A stretch of 64,000 bases of DNA from Macrostomum lignano (taxonomy: Eukaryota), in contig NIVC01001192.1 of NCBI GenBank assembly GCA_002269645.1, positions 124,001 through 188,000 on the forward strand. Direction: 5' to 3'. Position 1 is the stretch's first letter; every line of letters begins with the position of its first letter. Positions 18,526 to 30,217 of this stretch are shown here, one piece after another. The translations under genes and the position numbers were made by a program. The notes beneath the pieces were generated by a model. It did not search any database. It saw only the letters and a program-made list of their open reading frames with translations, and had not been told where the DNA came from.

Positions 18526-19442
18526 TGAAGAGTTTAAGAGTGGTGATCAGTCACTCAAAAACTCCCACTTCTAGACACGGGGGAACAAGTGCCTAGGTAT
18601 TTATCAGTTCAAATAACTTACTTCAGCGGATCCTCTTGGGGTCGGCAGCCGGTGGAGTTCTGTGGCGCGTCGGGATAGCAAGCTTGCTGAGCGGTTACGG
18701 CGACCGGTTCCGGTGAACCACTGTTTTTCTTTGGTGTCCTTAACTTTATCTGTGGGTCGACCAAACGAGAGCGAATCAGAACTTCTTAACGGTCCTCGAG
18801 CTCGGAATTCACAATAGAACGTGCGCCCTAATGAACAATTGAATTCTCTAATTTTCTGTGATAGGTCCTCCTGAAGGGCGGCTTCTTCGTTACGTCCGAA
18901 ACGTAACGGATAACTCAATTAAATCAATAAATCCTCTAGGAATATCCTAGGAAACAAGGAGGCCTTTCTCAAATGTATCGACAATGAACTGCTCTCGTAT
19001 ACTCAATCAATCACTTTATTAGCGCTACTAACAATTAACTAAATCGGGTAAACGCTTACCAATTGGACAGGGATGGTCCCTCAGAGATTGGTCTTCTTAT
19101 TTCTTCGGTGTCTTCTTAGAGACCGCTCCGAGTCTGAATTTTGACTTGAATTTTCACTTATATTTATAGCAAAATTTTGGAGAAAAACCGGTTTGGGATT
19201 GGGTATTTACTTAGGTCAAAAATGTTTGATTAAGCGGTCATGCATGTTTGAGCATTACCATATATGGAGTTAAACAAATACAGCTGTTGAAATCCGGTTC
19301 CTTGATCAAACAATGTAGGGTTCTAAATCATTCTGTTTGCGCGTGATTCCTAAAATAGATATGACTCATTTTGAAAGAAATTGACTTCCTTAGAATATTA
19401 CTTTAAGTAGAGCATTACGGTATGGTCTAATAACTCTCTACA
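18526..19442 (-). repeat. 5' LTR of env/RING element
   Basis: Copy of 12569-13485 at offset 5957; no differences seen by eye. Confidence 0.95.
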
Positions 19443-19839
19443 TCGGGTCTGTATGCCGGTTTTATCTTTTGTTCAAATTCCCCTTTTACAGCCAACGTTA
19501 GCACCAATGCGAGTTCAAGTGTGAGAGAGAATGTGCCTTCGGTTCTTTTATATACATGCAGATATCTTTGTGGCCTCTAAGCTCTTGAAAGAGTAAAAAT
19601 TATATAATGCTTTCTGGATTGCTTGCTCATTTTATGTTGTTCAGGCACTTAGAAAGATACAAATGTTTATTCCCCATTGGTAGTAGCAAGTGGGACATAG
19701 AATTGAAACAGACTTTTTTAATAGTTTTGGCCAGCTTCAAATAGTCGTCAGACTACGTCGCGACTGACTCTCCTGATTAATACAAACGATTCGTTTTCAG
19801 GCACCCATATTGTACTTACTGATTTCAGCCAAGTTAACG

Positions 19840-22378
19840 ATGCTCTTTCAATCCATCCGTTTCGCCGTTTCAATCTCCATTCTGATGATGACCGGTGAGT
19901 GCTGGCGCCAGTCGCTATACATGTCCTCAAATTCGAGAAATTTATCGGTACCCGTTTTAATATCGAGGTACCCATGGACGTGATTGCAAGAGACTAATGT
20001 TCAAAGGAATAAGTTTTGCGACTTTCATATTTTCGATTCTAAATCCAGAACCACATACTAGAAGGCTTAGAAATACAGTTTCGAGTATAAATTGAAACCG
20101 TCTTAAAAGTAGCTAAATTCTAAGGTAACATAAGAGTCACTTGTAGTAAAAATAAAATTGTAATGCAGAATTGCAAAACGGAAAATAATGGTCAATTATC
20201 AAAATTTCATGGTGTCTGTTTCGATAGAAATGGTTACATGACAGTCTTTGTGCCAAGATCATGCTATAAAAGAATAGTACTAGCCTCTGTACTAAATTTT
20301 ATACTATTGATAATTAGCGCTTAAATCTAAAGAACTATGCCTAAATTTTTAGTAGCGACTGTTGGAGCTGAGGATCAGCACTGCATTGACAAGCCCGTTA
20401 GAAATATCAGCGTTGAAATCGGTGACGAGAACCCGCAGCGGGTAAATAAAATTCGTCGATTTTTAAGAAACGTTTCCCCGTCCTACTTAAGTGGTGCTTG
20501 CTCTGTACATGTACACCTAGTGTCAATTGCGTGCATGTGTGCATATTCTTGTACATGTGTTGTTTCAGTGAAGATTGCTTTTACTACGGATGAAATATTG
20601 GCCAATGTTTAGGGTGAGTATTTTTTTTCACTTCAGGTGATGACTTATATTCGAGACGAGCCAGGCTACCAGGTGAACCTGCGGTGCAAGTAGACTCTGC
20701 AGCCTGCCAACTACGATAATCCGAGGCAGATGTACATTCGTGTGCTCGTTATCGACTTTGACACCAGCGATGTGTCTGGGGATCAGTGCAATATCTCCAA
20801 TCCAGATATCGATATTCTCACATTTTCACTGAAGCAAAATTTGAGTACGTGGCTTTTAGTATCAATGATCTTTTTTGTGTTACCAATATAAACTCAAGCA
20901 GAACTCGGGTGTTTCAGGGGAAAGGGATATTCATCCCTGTAATGGAGGCCAGAGTACGTACATGTCGATGCAGACTTCAGGTGAGTAATTTATGTGATTC
21001 TTTGTTTAATTTTCATTTATTTGAATTCAACTGCTTATTCTAAGCTGCAACATTGGCTCCTGTGTAATTTGCAGCCGAAGAGAAGCCACAATACATGTGC
21101 TCAAGCAAGTCATTCAAAATCAAGGAACAAATCGTGAACTTGTGGGACCCGTGAGTGTCTTGAAACATCTGTGCTTTTCGTGCATCATGTGGAAATGGAT
21201 TTTGGTATTTGCTCTCTTACCTTTGCTCAGGTCGTACAAGCTGGCTTTGGAGTTCCGCTCTGACGATAAGCAAGTCCGGTCCAACGCCAAGGGAGTGCAG
21301 GTGGATGTGCAGGTGCTGGGCAGAGACTATTGCCACAGGACCATGCTGTTCTTTGAGGGCTCCTGCTATCTGATAACACCTGAGATTACACCTGCTGAGG
21401 CGTTCAGCATCTCGAAGAATTACCTTGGCAACGTCTTTACGGTTTCTAAGAACAGAAACGACTCAGACTTTTTCCGTCCGTTCGTTCAGCGAAGTGAGCC
21501 TTTTAACATTGCTAAACATAGCTGTATGTATCTGCTAGTCGATTTTATGCAAAGCGTACTGTTTCTGCATCGCGTATTGCACTAGCTGATGTAGTAGCTA
21601 TTTACAGTTCTCTAACTGGAATGTTTTGCACTTCAGACAACGACAGAAACGGTGAGTTCCCATTTGAGTCTCCGCTGTCCCTGGTCGGCAGAAAGATGTG
21701 GACCGGCTACTTTGTGGATCGGCCAGCCCAGAGCCCCGTCAACGGAGCCCTGTTTATGAACCCGGCTAAGAAATGCTGTCAGGAGAGGCGAAATATGACT
21801 GTGTGAGTTACCTTATAAAATATTTCTCTCAGTTTTGATAGAGCCTTGCTTTGAATTTTGCTAAGGTCATCAGTTATTGTCCCATTTATACGTATTTTAG
21901 CTACATCAGTAGCACTGTCACCCTGGCTGTGGAGCCAGTTTGTGCCGTTGCCATGGTGATTACTAGTGGTTCCCGTGTGAATTTCACCTGCGAATCGTTG
22001 AGCTCAAAGCTACCAGCTCTGATCGAGTTCAAGCAGATTCCCGCCATCAAAGGCGACACGCATCCGCAACTGTTCACCACTTGCGACACGATGCCTGCGA
22101 AGCAGCTCGACACGAGTTCCGCACCGACAACAACTGTTACTGAAGCCGAGCCTCAGTCTACAAAGACTGTCATTGTTATCGCTTTAGTTGTCATAGTAGC
22201 TTTTATAATCGCCGTAATTGTAGTTGCCATTGTAATATTCTTTAAAAGAAGAGCCAGCCCGCAAAGCGGTGGCCAAACTGAAGCTGAGACTCCTGCTGGA
22301 CCGGAGAAAGTGCCTCTGAATGCACGCGGTGAGGATGGGGAGGCTTCTCAGCCGAGCAAGACCGACCCGACAGTCTGA
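19840..22378 (+). pseudogene. CUB-CTLD receptor A1 (A-type) with a nonsense codon
   Basis: Exons 19840-19894, 20353-20441, 20637-20844, 20918-20980, 21075-21150, 21231-21493, 21637-21802, 21901-22378, all GT-AG and in phase. TGG>TAG at 20691 in exon 3. Confidence 0.88.
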
Positions 22379-22581
22379 GATTCATATTGACGAGAAAGAA
22401 GTTGAAAGCGAATTGTTTGAATTAGTTTGTTAATTTTAGCTTAACAGTTTATTGCTGTGTTGTATGCTTATACATAAAAATTAAGAAATTAAAACACAGT
22501 GGAATGTTGCTGATTTTTTTGATTATTAAAAGTTAAAATCAACATAGATTGTAATAAATTCTTTCTTACATGGGATTTCAG

Positions 22582-23090
22582 TTCCTCTTGCTCTGGCGGC
22601 AGGTGTTGTGTATAAGTTCTCTTGTTCTGTTGACCAGAACATTACCTATATAGGTAAAACTAAAAGGCACCTGTACACCAGAGTCAGAGAGCATTGGTTA
22701 AAAAGGTCGGCTATCCAAGACCACCTGCTCTGTTGCAACAGTTGTTGCGAAATTGAGCAAACTCAGCAGTTTAAAATTATTGATCGGTGTAGAACTGATT
22801 TTAGGCTCAACATACTTGAATCCATGTACATTAAAGACCAAAAACCTAATCTGAATATTCAGCTCTCCCATAGTGGTGCGGGCCATTTGCTCAAGGTATT
22901 CTAAGTAAAGGCACTAGTCTGAACAATGTACTTGCAATCTATGCTTAACATTTTTTGGAAAATTCTGCCCATGACATGCCCTTTGGACTGTACAGTTAAC
23001 ATTTGTTCACTTATAAAGTTGTTGTGTGAGTTAAAAATACACCAGACCCTGAAGATGGTCATTGCTGGACCGAAACGCGTCGGAAGAAAG
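22582..23090 (+). mobile_element. 5'-truncated Penelope-like element (GIY-YIG endonuclease tail + 3' region)
   Basis: VVYKFSC...YIGKTKRHLYTRVREH...SAIQDH...ILESMYIK...PNLN, followed by a hammerhead motif. Confidence 0.85.
23047..23083 (+). ncRNA. Minimal hammerhead ribozyme of the Penelope element
   Basis: CC-CTGAAGA-T-GGTC(ATTGCTG)GACC-GAAA-CGCG-TC-GG: conserved core, stem II, palindromic stem III. Confidence 0.75.
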
Positions 23091-23588
23091 AATTAATTAT
23101 AATCTATGTTGATTTTAACTTTTGTATTTCTCTGCCTGCTAAAGCGTGCTACCTTACCTCAATTTTCTGATTATTATATTTTACCGTTGTATTAGCATCA
23201 TGACGCACCGGTTTTCAAGCTTAGACCTTCGATTGTAATATTAACGTTGACTATATTTTATTCATATTAGTTTATTCTATTTACGTTTAGCGTTTTCTCT
23301 GGTCCTCGCGCAAAACAACTGAGACCCTAAAACGCAAAAGCACGTAAAAAATTGATTCCTTGATTTCAACTTTTGTTGAACTACCTTCGTTTGGAAGTAT
23401 TTTGATTAAAAGAAACGCTAGATTACAAGCAAAGAATTATGAATCTGCCGGTTGCCCAATCTACAGTATTTTAGATAGGTAAACCTAAATCAGTAAAAAG
23501 TGCCCGGAAATTGTTTTTTAACAGAATTTGTACGAATAAAACCTGGGCGTTGCACACGCATGGGACAAAAAAGTATATGGAAGGGTAG

Positions 23589-24058
23589 GCAGGCACGGGA
23601 CAGAAAAGTGAAGGGGAGAGTGCACAGGCACGGAGCAGAAAAGTAAAGGGGAGGGTGCACAGGCACGGTACAGAAAAGTAAAGGGGAGGGTGCACAGGCA
23701 CGGTACAGAAAAGTAAAGGGGAGGGTGCACAGGCACGGAGCAGAAAAGTAAAGGGGAGGGTGCACAGGCACGGAGCAGAAAAGTAAAGGGGAGGGTGCAC
23801 AGGCACGGGACAGAAAAGTAAAGGGGAGGGTGCACAGGCACGGGACAGAAAAGTAAAGGGGAGAGTGCACAGGCACGGAGCAGAAAAGTAAAGGGGAGGG
23901 TGCACAGGCACGGGACAGAAAAGTAAAGGGGAGAGTGCACAGGCACGGAGCAGAAAAGTAAAGGGGAGGGTGCACAGGCACGGGACAGAAAAGTAAAGGG
24001 GAGGCTGCACAGGCACGGGACAGAAAAGTAAAGGGGAGAGTGCACAGGCACGGAGCAG
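23589..24058. repeat. 35-bp minisatellite (AAGTAAAGGGGAGGGTGCACAGGCACGGRRCAGAA), ~13 copies
   Basis: Head-to-tail repeats with no spacers. Confidence 0.95.
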
Positions 24059-26043
24059 AGGTATTTACCGAAGGGCAAGATGAGAGCCGCGTCACAGAGT
24101 GCACTAGTTGTGCAAAGGGTCAGGCAGAAGCAAAAACAGTTTATTATAAGCGGTCTACAATCTCTTTGTTCAGTCTTTGACAACTCAGCGAGGTTCTGCC
24201 GCAGAAAAGTTATTCCGTATGATTTTTCCCGCGATGTGCCATATCTCGACAGCAAAACCTCGGCCGGCCGTGAGTGGCAGGAAAAGATTGCACAGAATAA
24301 CTTCGCTGTGGGAAAACCTCCTGCAAGAAAATTAGAAAATGTTTCTTCGGGAAACTCGACTACAAAAAAGTCTCACAGATCCGCATAATTCGAATGCTTT
24401 GCACTTGAATGACCGGTTAAAATTTTTTGAATAATGTCTCCAGTAGCAAAACATTCTGCTAAAGCCACTGTAACATGCGCCTAATTCATTACTGCGCCTG
24501 TAAATTTTGTAAACAATAAGCCATATTACTCGTAGCAGTAGTTGTTACACTTTTTGTTTACTTTTCTTATTAAATGTTGTTTATTTCACTTTTAAATAAA
24601 TTCAAACGCTTCAATGTTTTAGTACTGCACCATGTAAACCAAGTTTTAGATTCACAAGCGCAGTCAAACTGCATAAATTTTATTGTGGTGTATTTTTTTC
24701 TAACCTGAGTAGCGTACTATTCCGCTTTTTTGTCTGCTCCATCCTGCTTCCGTGTCCTACGACTACCGGTTTTGTTAACTTGAAGTTTACTCAACTGTAA
24801 TCTTTATCTGCCACTATGAAAGCGCCGTGTGTGTGCGCTACTTCTGCCGGTCCTTTGTGTGACTCATCGAAATTAATTTTAAAGTTTCTTTTTCTGCACT
24901 TTTAGAATCTTAATACTCGTAGATAATTTTCTAAAATGCGATATTTATATATGCATTAATGCTGCATTAGCCAACAGCAGAAGCGACTCACGGTCATGAG
25001 ACCAAACCTCCTTATTCAGCTTTAACAGCGATAACTAACTGGAACAGTGGAACTGCGGATCAGTTTAAACTACCTAGAAGGCTATACTGATTGCACTGTC
25101 ACTATACTTCGCTTGCGATTGCGACACTAAGCATAGCAGTCCGTTTTATTGGCTTTTTATTAAAATATATAACTTTGCCTGCAATTAGGTTTGCTTGTCC
25201 ATAAAATGACAAGTGCTTTTGATTTTTACTCATTTTCTATCATCCTAATATTTAGTTTTAGAAATCAATCTTATATCTTTAGATGCTCAGCACATCTTTA
25301 GTATGTTAGAAGATTAGAGAATTAAAAACTAAATTGGCAGTTAGACGTATTGTCATGATATTACGGCACGATCGTTTTTTTTACTTTCAGTTCAGTAGCA
25401 AGAAAGCATGTGTAAGCTATTTTATAAAAAGAAACGCTGTCAGAGTGACTTGCAGTCGTAAACAACTTGCTATTGGTGCAGCCGCAATGTACATTAGCCA
25501 GCGCCACTAAAAGTGTACATGGCAGACAGCTTTAGGCTGGAACACCGAGGAAGCAAAAAATAGGGTGGGGCGGGCGAGGGTAGAGATTTTGTGCAGCAAG
25601 CCGCGGCCGGAGGATTAAACTGGAGATTAAGAGGTCCAATAATAAACTAATCTATATAATTCACATAGCAGCTTTAGACGGAACAACAGACAAGGCTACA
25701 AAAATTTGGCGTCGTTGGGGGGGATTGAATTTAGTGAATTAATTTTCATTTTTAGTATATAGGAAATTGATAGAATTTAATTTTCTACTGAGCTGGAAGT
25801 TGCTTAGATGCAAATGTACTCTGTTGATACAATAATAGACTATCACTATAGCTTAGGCAATTCTTTACTAAACCTTCCTATAGTAGTTATTTATTGATAG
25901 ATAAGTGCAGAAGTCTTATCAGCTATCGAGTAGCATTGTATAGTAACCAGGCCTTACTTAGCTACCTATAAGCTACTTTTTGTCTGAATGAAAGTATCTG
26001 ATATACAAAAATGGCGTCTGTTGTTTTTTCAGAGTTGAGTACA

Positions 26044-28407
26044 ATGAAGTGCAAGTGCGTAATAATATTGGTTTCGCTTTTGACATGTAAGTAAAAATTC
26101 CCATAAATAATAGCGCTGCAATAACATTGCCACTTGTAGTAACTTCAGTTGTATGGTCCAGGGTGCAGTAATTTGCACGCAGTTGCACGTTATTCTGTCT
26201 ATTCATTTTTTCTATCCCTTGGTGTCGCAAACTCTATATTAATTACTGAGAATGTATTTCTCGTTCGCTAAGATTTTCACTCGTCATATTAGCTGAGGAA
26301 TGTGTTTTACAGGTTCAGTAGGACTCTTCAATGATAGCACGGAGACCTGGCAGTAATGCCAGGGACACTTAAAGCTGTTCTTAATTGCAATTTGAATCAA
26401 CCAACGACGAAGAGAAACGAGCTGTGCTGCTTTGTACGTGCAGCAGAGACACGCTGAGATCGACCTCTTCTGCTGACTGTTTAAACAAAGCATTGAAGGT
26501 CATAAATGTTGAAATCGGTGGGCGATAATTCATAGAGGGTAAATTTTCACACCCTTTAAAATTCGCTAATTGGGAACCTGCAAAAAAGGGCATTAATGGT
26601 TTATAATTAAGTCAGTTCGATTGTTTGGCTCTTTCAAGTTGTTGAATAGTTTGCAGTCGCTAGTTGCTAATTGGTTGGCAGTTGCTAGTTGCTAATTGGT
26701 TGACAGTCGCTAGTTGCTAATTGGTTGGCAGTTGCTAGTTGTTGATTGGTTGACAGTTGCTATTTGCTAATTGGTTGGCAGTTGCTAGTTGCTAATTGGT
26801 TGACAGTCGCTAGTTGCTAATTGGTTGGCAGTTGCTAGTTGCTAATTGGTTGGCGGTTGCTAGTTGCTAATTGGTCTGCAGTTGCTAGTTGCTAATTGGT
26901 TGACAGTCGCTAGTTGCTAATTGGTTGGCAGTTGCTAGTTGCTAATTGGTTGGCGGTTGCTAATTGTTAATTGGTTGACAGTCGCTAGTTGCTGATTGGT
27001 TGGCAGTTGCTAGTTGCTAATTGGTTGGCAGACTGGCAGTTGCTAGTTGCTAATTGGTTGGCAGTTGCTAGTTGCTAATTGGTTGGCAGACTGGCAGTTG
27101 CTAGTTGCTAATTGGTTGGCAGACTGGCAGTTGCTAGTTGCTAATTGGTTGGCAGTTGCTAGTTGCTAATTGGTTGGCAGACTCGCAGTTGCTAGTTGCT
27201 AATTGGTTGGCAGACTGGCAGTTGCTAGTTGCTAATTGGTTGGCAGTTGCTAGTTGCTAATTGGTTGGCAGACTCGCAGTTGCTAGTTGCTAATTGGTTG
27301 GCAGACTGGCAGTTGCTAGTTGCTAATTGGTTGGCAGTTGCTAGTTGCTAATTGGTTGGCAGACTCGCAGTTGCTAGTTGCTAATTGGTTGGCAGACTGG
27401 CAGTTGCTAGTTGCTAATTGGTTGGCAGACTCGCAGTTGCTAGTTGCTAATTGGTTGGCAGACTCGCAGTTGCTAGTTGCTAATTGGTTGGCAGACTGGC
27501 AGTTGCTAGTTGCTAATTGGTTGGCAGTTGCTAGTTGCTAATTGGTTGGCAGTTTCTAGCTGCTGATTTTTATAATCGCTACCAAAAATTGTATAAAACT
27601 GCAAAGTTAATCAAATTCTACGCGCCAGGTGATGCCATTTGTTCGAGGTGAACTAGATGAGCCTGCAGTGCCAGTGGACTCTGCAGCCTGCCAACTACGA
27701 TAATCCGAGGCAGATGTACATTCGTGTACCCGTTATCAACTTTGACACCCAACGATAGGTCTGAGGCTCAGTGCTGCATCTCTACAGCCAAAGTCGATGT
27801 GTTCAGCCTAAAGTTAAAACTGGACGATAGTGAGTTAGCCGTTTTAATTTAACTTGAATTATAATTTTACAATTTTCGTTTTTAAAAACAAACTAATCGT
27901 ATAATCTTGCATTTCAGCAACGTACCGAAATGAGTTCTGGTGCTCAAATAATTCAGTAAAAGTCAAGAGCCCAATTGGGAATTTATGGAACTCGTGAGTG
28001 TCTTGAAGCATCTGCGATTTTGGACTGGTTATTCCCTGAAGTATTAATTATCATATTTGCTCTCTTACCTTTGCTCAGGTCGTACAAGCTGGCTTTGGAG
28101 TTCCGCTCTGACGATAAGCAAGTCCGGTCCGGTCCGGTTCTTTGAGGGCTCCTGCTAACACCTGACACTTGATCTGATAACACCTGAGATTACACCTGCT
28201 GAGGCATTCAACATCGCAAAGAATTACCTTGGCAACGTCTTCACGGTTCCTAAAAACAGAAACGACTCAGCCTTTTTCCGTCCCTTTATTCAGCGAAGTG
28301 AGCATTGCGTTTATTATATGGCATGCTTTATCGCCTGTTGATCGATTTGTTGGTATCCCAATCATTGCAGACTCGGACAGAGCTGGCGAGTTCCCATTCG
28401 AGTTTCT
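26044..28407 (+). pseudogene. CUB-CTLD receptor pseudogene P2 (chimera of P3 5' part and P1 3' part)
   Basis: Same lesions as P1. Diagnostic bases match P3 up to ~26283 and P1 from ~26652. Confidence 0.85.
26653..27567. repeat. 25/33-bp minisatellite, copy 2
   Basis: As 9487-10310 but 91 bp longer. Confidence 0.95.
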
Positions 28408-28434
28408 GTGAATGACAAATAGAAGCATCTGACA

Positions 28435-28753
28435 AATAATAATAATAATAAATAATAATTGATAACGCCTGCCATAATGGACAGATGTGCAGCCGACAGC
28501 TCAGCCGCAGCTATTGCGCGGCACATCTGAAGGCTGCGTACGGCTGTTCAATCCAAGGACTGGGGGTCACCACAGACATCCCTCTGTGGCTAATGACTAA
28601 TGCAGGCACCCCTTTTACAGCTGGGTGAACTGAAGCAATGCAGAGATAAGCGTCTTGCTCAAGGACACAAATTGTTCCAGTGGGATCGGGAGTCGAACCC
28701 CTGACCTTCAAGTCGTGAGTCCGACGCTCTAACCCTTGTGCTACAATCCCCTC
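28435..28753 (-). mobile_element. CORE-type SINE, copy 2
   Basis: Duplicate of 11178-11497. Confidence 0.8.
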
Positions 28754-28912
28754 GGTACCGAGCAAAGCAAACAAGGCAAAAGCAAAAGCTATAACAAAGC
28801 AATATTATGTACTGTTTTAAGTTTTTTTGTCTAGTGCTGTGTGCTAAACCATTCTAAACTGTGTTTGTATTTTAAATGTCATTACATGTAGCAAACAATC
28901 AATAAATGTTTC

Positions 28913-29772
28913 TGATGTGCTCCTTATTACCCGACTTTTGATAATCAAGAAACAATCACTTCTAGCTCTGTAGCTAGGCAACCCAGTAAGTCAACAGAAG
29001 GTATTTAATTACCTTTAATCCGGATTCGTAGATCTCGTCCTTGAGATGTCCTCAACCGAAGATCTCTCAGTAGATCTCGTAGACGTCTAGTTGTCTTCAG
29101 GCGTAGACCTGGTCCGAGTTTCCTTCTTCTTCGTAGAAGTAGTTCCGGCCGGAATCTGTCGTTCGGACCAATAGGAAGCTTCCAAATTAACATTTGGTAC
29201 CCTGCACCAAACTGCGGTATAAAATAAGCCTACTCCTTCTAGCCTTCTAGCAGTGCCTCTCTGCACTCTAGGTATAGCTCCGGAAACCACTGATAGTCTT
29301 CTAAGACCTATCAGGGGCAGTCCTTCTGGAGACTGCAACCAGTGGAGTCTAAGTGGGGTCACGATTCGGTGGTTGTCAAGCATGACAGGGCAGAAAGTTA
29401 TGCTACTAGTCTACTGTAAAACACACATGATTGGTTACCTTATCTGGTGTTTTTCTGTCGCGTTTGATTGGTTCATCCGGGTGCAAACCGGGTGCAAGCC
29501 AAATGACGAATCGTAGGTGGGGTTGAACTGAAAAACGTAGGTTGCACGTGGCCAATGATGAATCGCAAATGGGATTTAACTTGACAATTGTGGGTCACGA
29601 GTGATTGGTTGGTTACTAAAAATACCATGACCAACTTTTCGCATTTCTGATTGGTTAATACAAATTTAGCCATGGTTCAATACTTATTTTTGTACGTGCC
29701 TTTGCTATACTACTGTATAAGTAGCATGTGAACAATGCTTATAGATTTTTAAAGGAGATGAAATACTCTACA
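28913..29772. mobile_element. Solo LTR, copy 2
   Basis: Duplicate of 11657-12516, with TTTC TSD. Confidence 0.75.
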
Positions 29773-30217
29773 TTTCTACGCTTGTACCTTAAAAACTGCT
29801 AAAAGCCGACTACTCTTCTGTCGGGTCTGTATGCCGGTTTTATCTTTTGTTCAAATTCCCCTTTTACAGCCAACGTTAGCACCAATGCGAGTTCAAGTGT
29901 GAGAGAGAATGTGCCTTCGGTTCTTTTATATACATGCAGATATCTTTGTGGCCTCTAAGCTCTTGAAAGAGTAAAAATTATATAATGCTTTCTGGATTGC
30001 TTGCTCATTTTATGTTGTTCAGGCACTTAGAAAGATACAAATGTTTATTCCCCATTGGTAGTAGCAAGTGGGACATAGAATTGAAACAGACTTTTTTAAT
30101 AGTTTTGGCCAGCTTCAAATAGTCGTCAGACTACGTCGCGATTAACTCTCCTGATTAATATAAACGATTCGTTTTCAAGCACCCATATTGTACTTACTGA
30201 TTTCAGCCAAGTTAACG

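Larger units (their letters stand above)
12569..19442 (-). mobile_element. Non-autonomous env-bearing LTR retroelement with two double-RING accessory genes (6874 bp)
   Basis: 917-bp LTRs identical by eye. TSD TCGG (12565-12568, 19443-19446). Minus-strand PBS and PPT. Empty site at ~29821 and ~39557. Confidence 0.95.

Noticed and set aside
23471-24255. 181-245 aa Cys/Pro-rich ORFs and a CRISPR-like look of the 35-bp repeats (also 33846-34630)
   Set aside because: Head-to-tail minisatellite with no spacers or cas genes; the ORFs are repeat artefacts.
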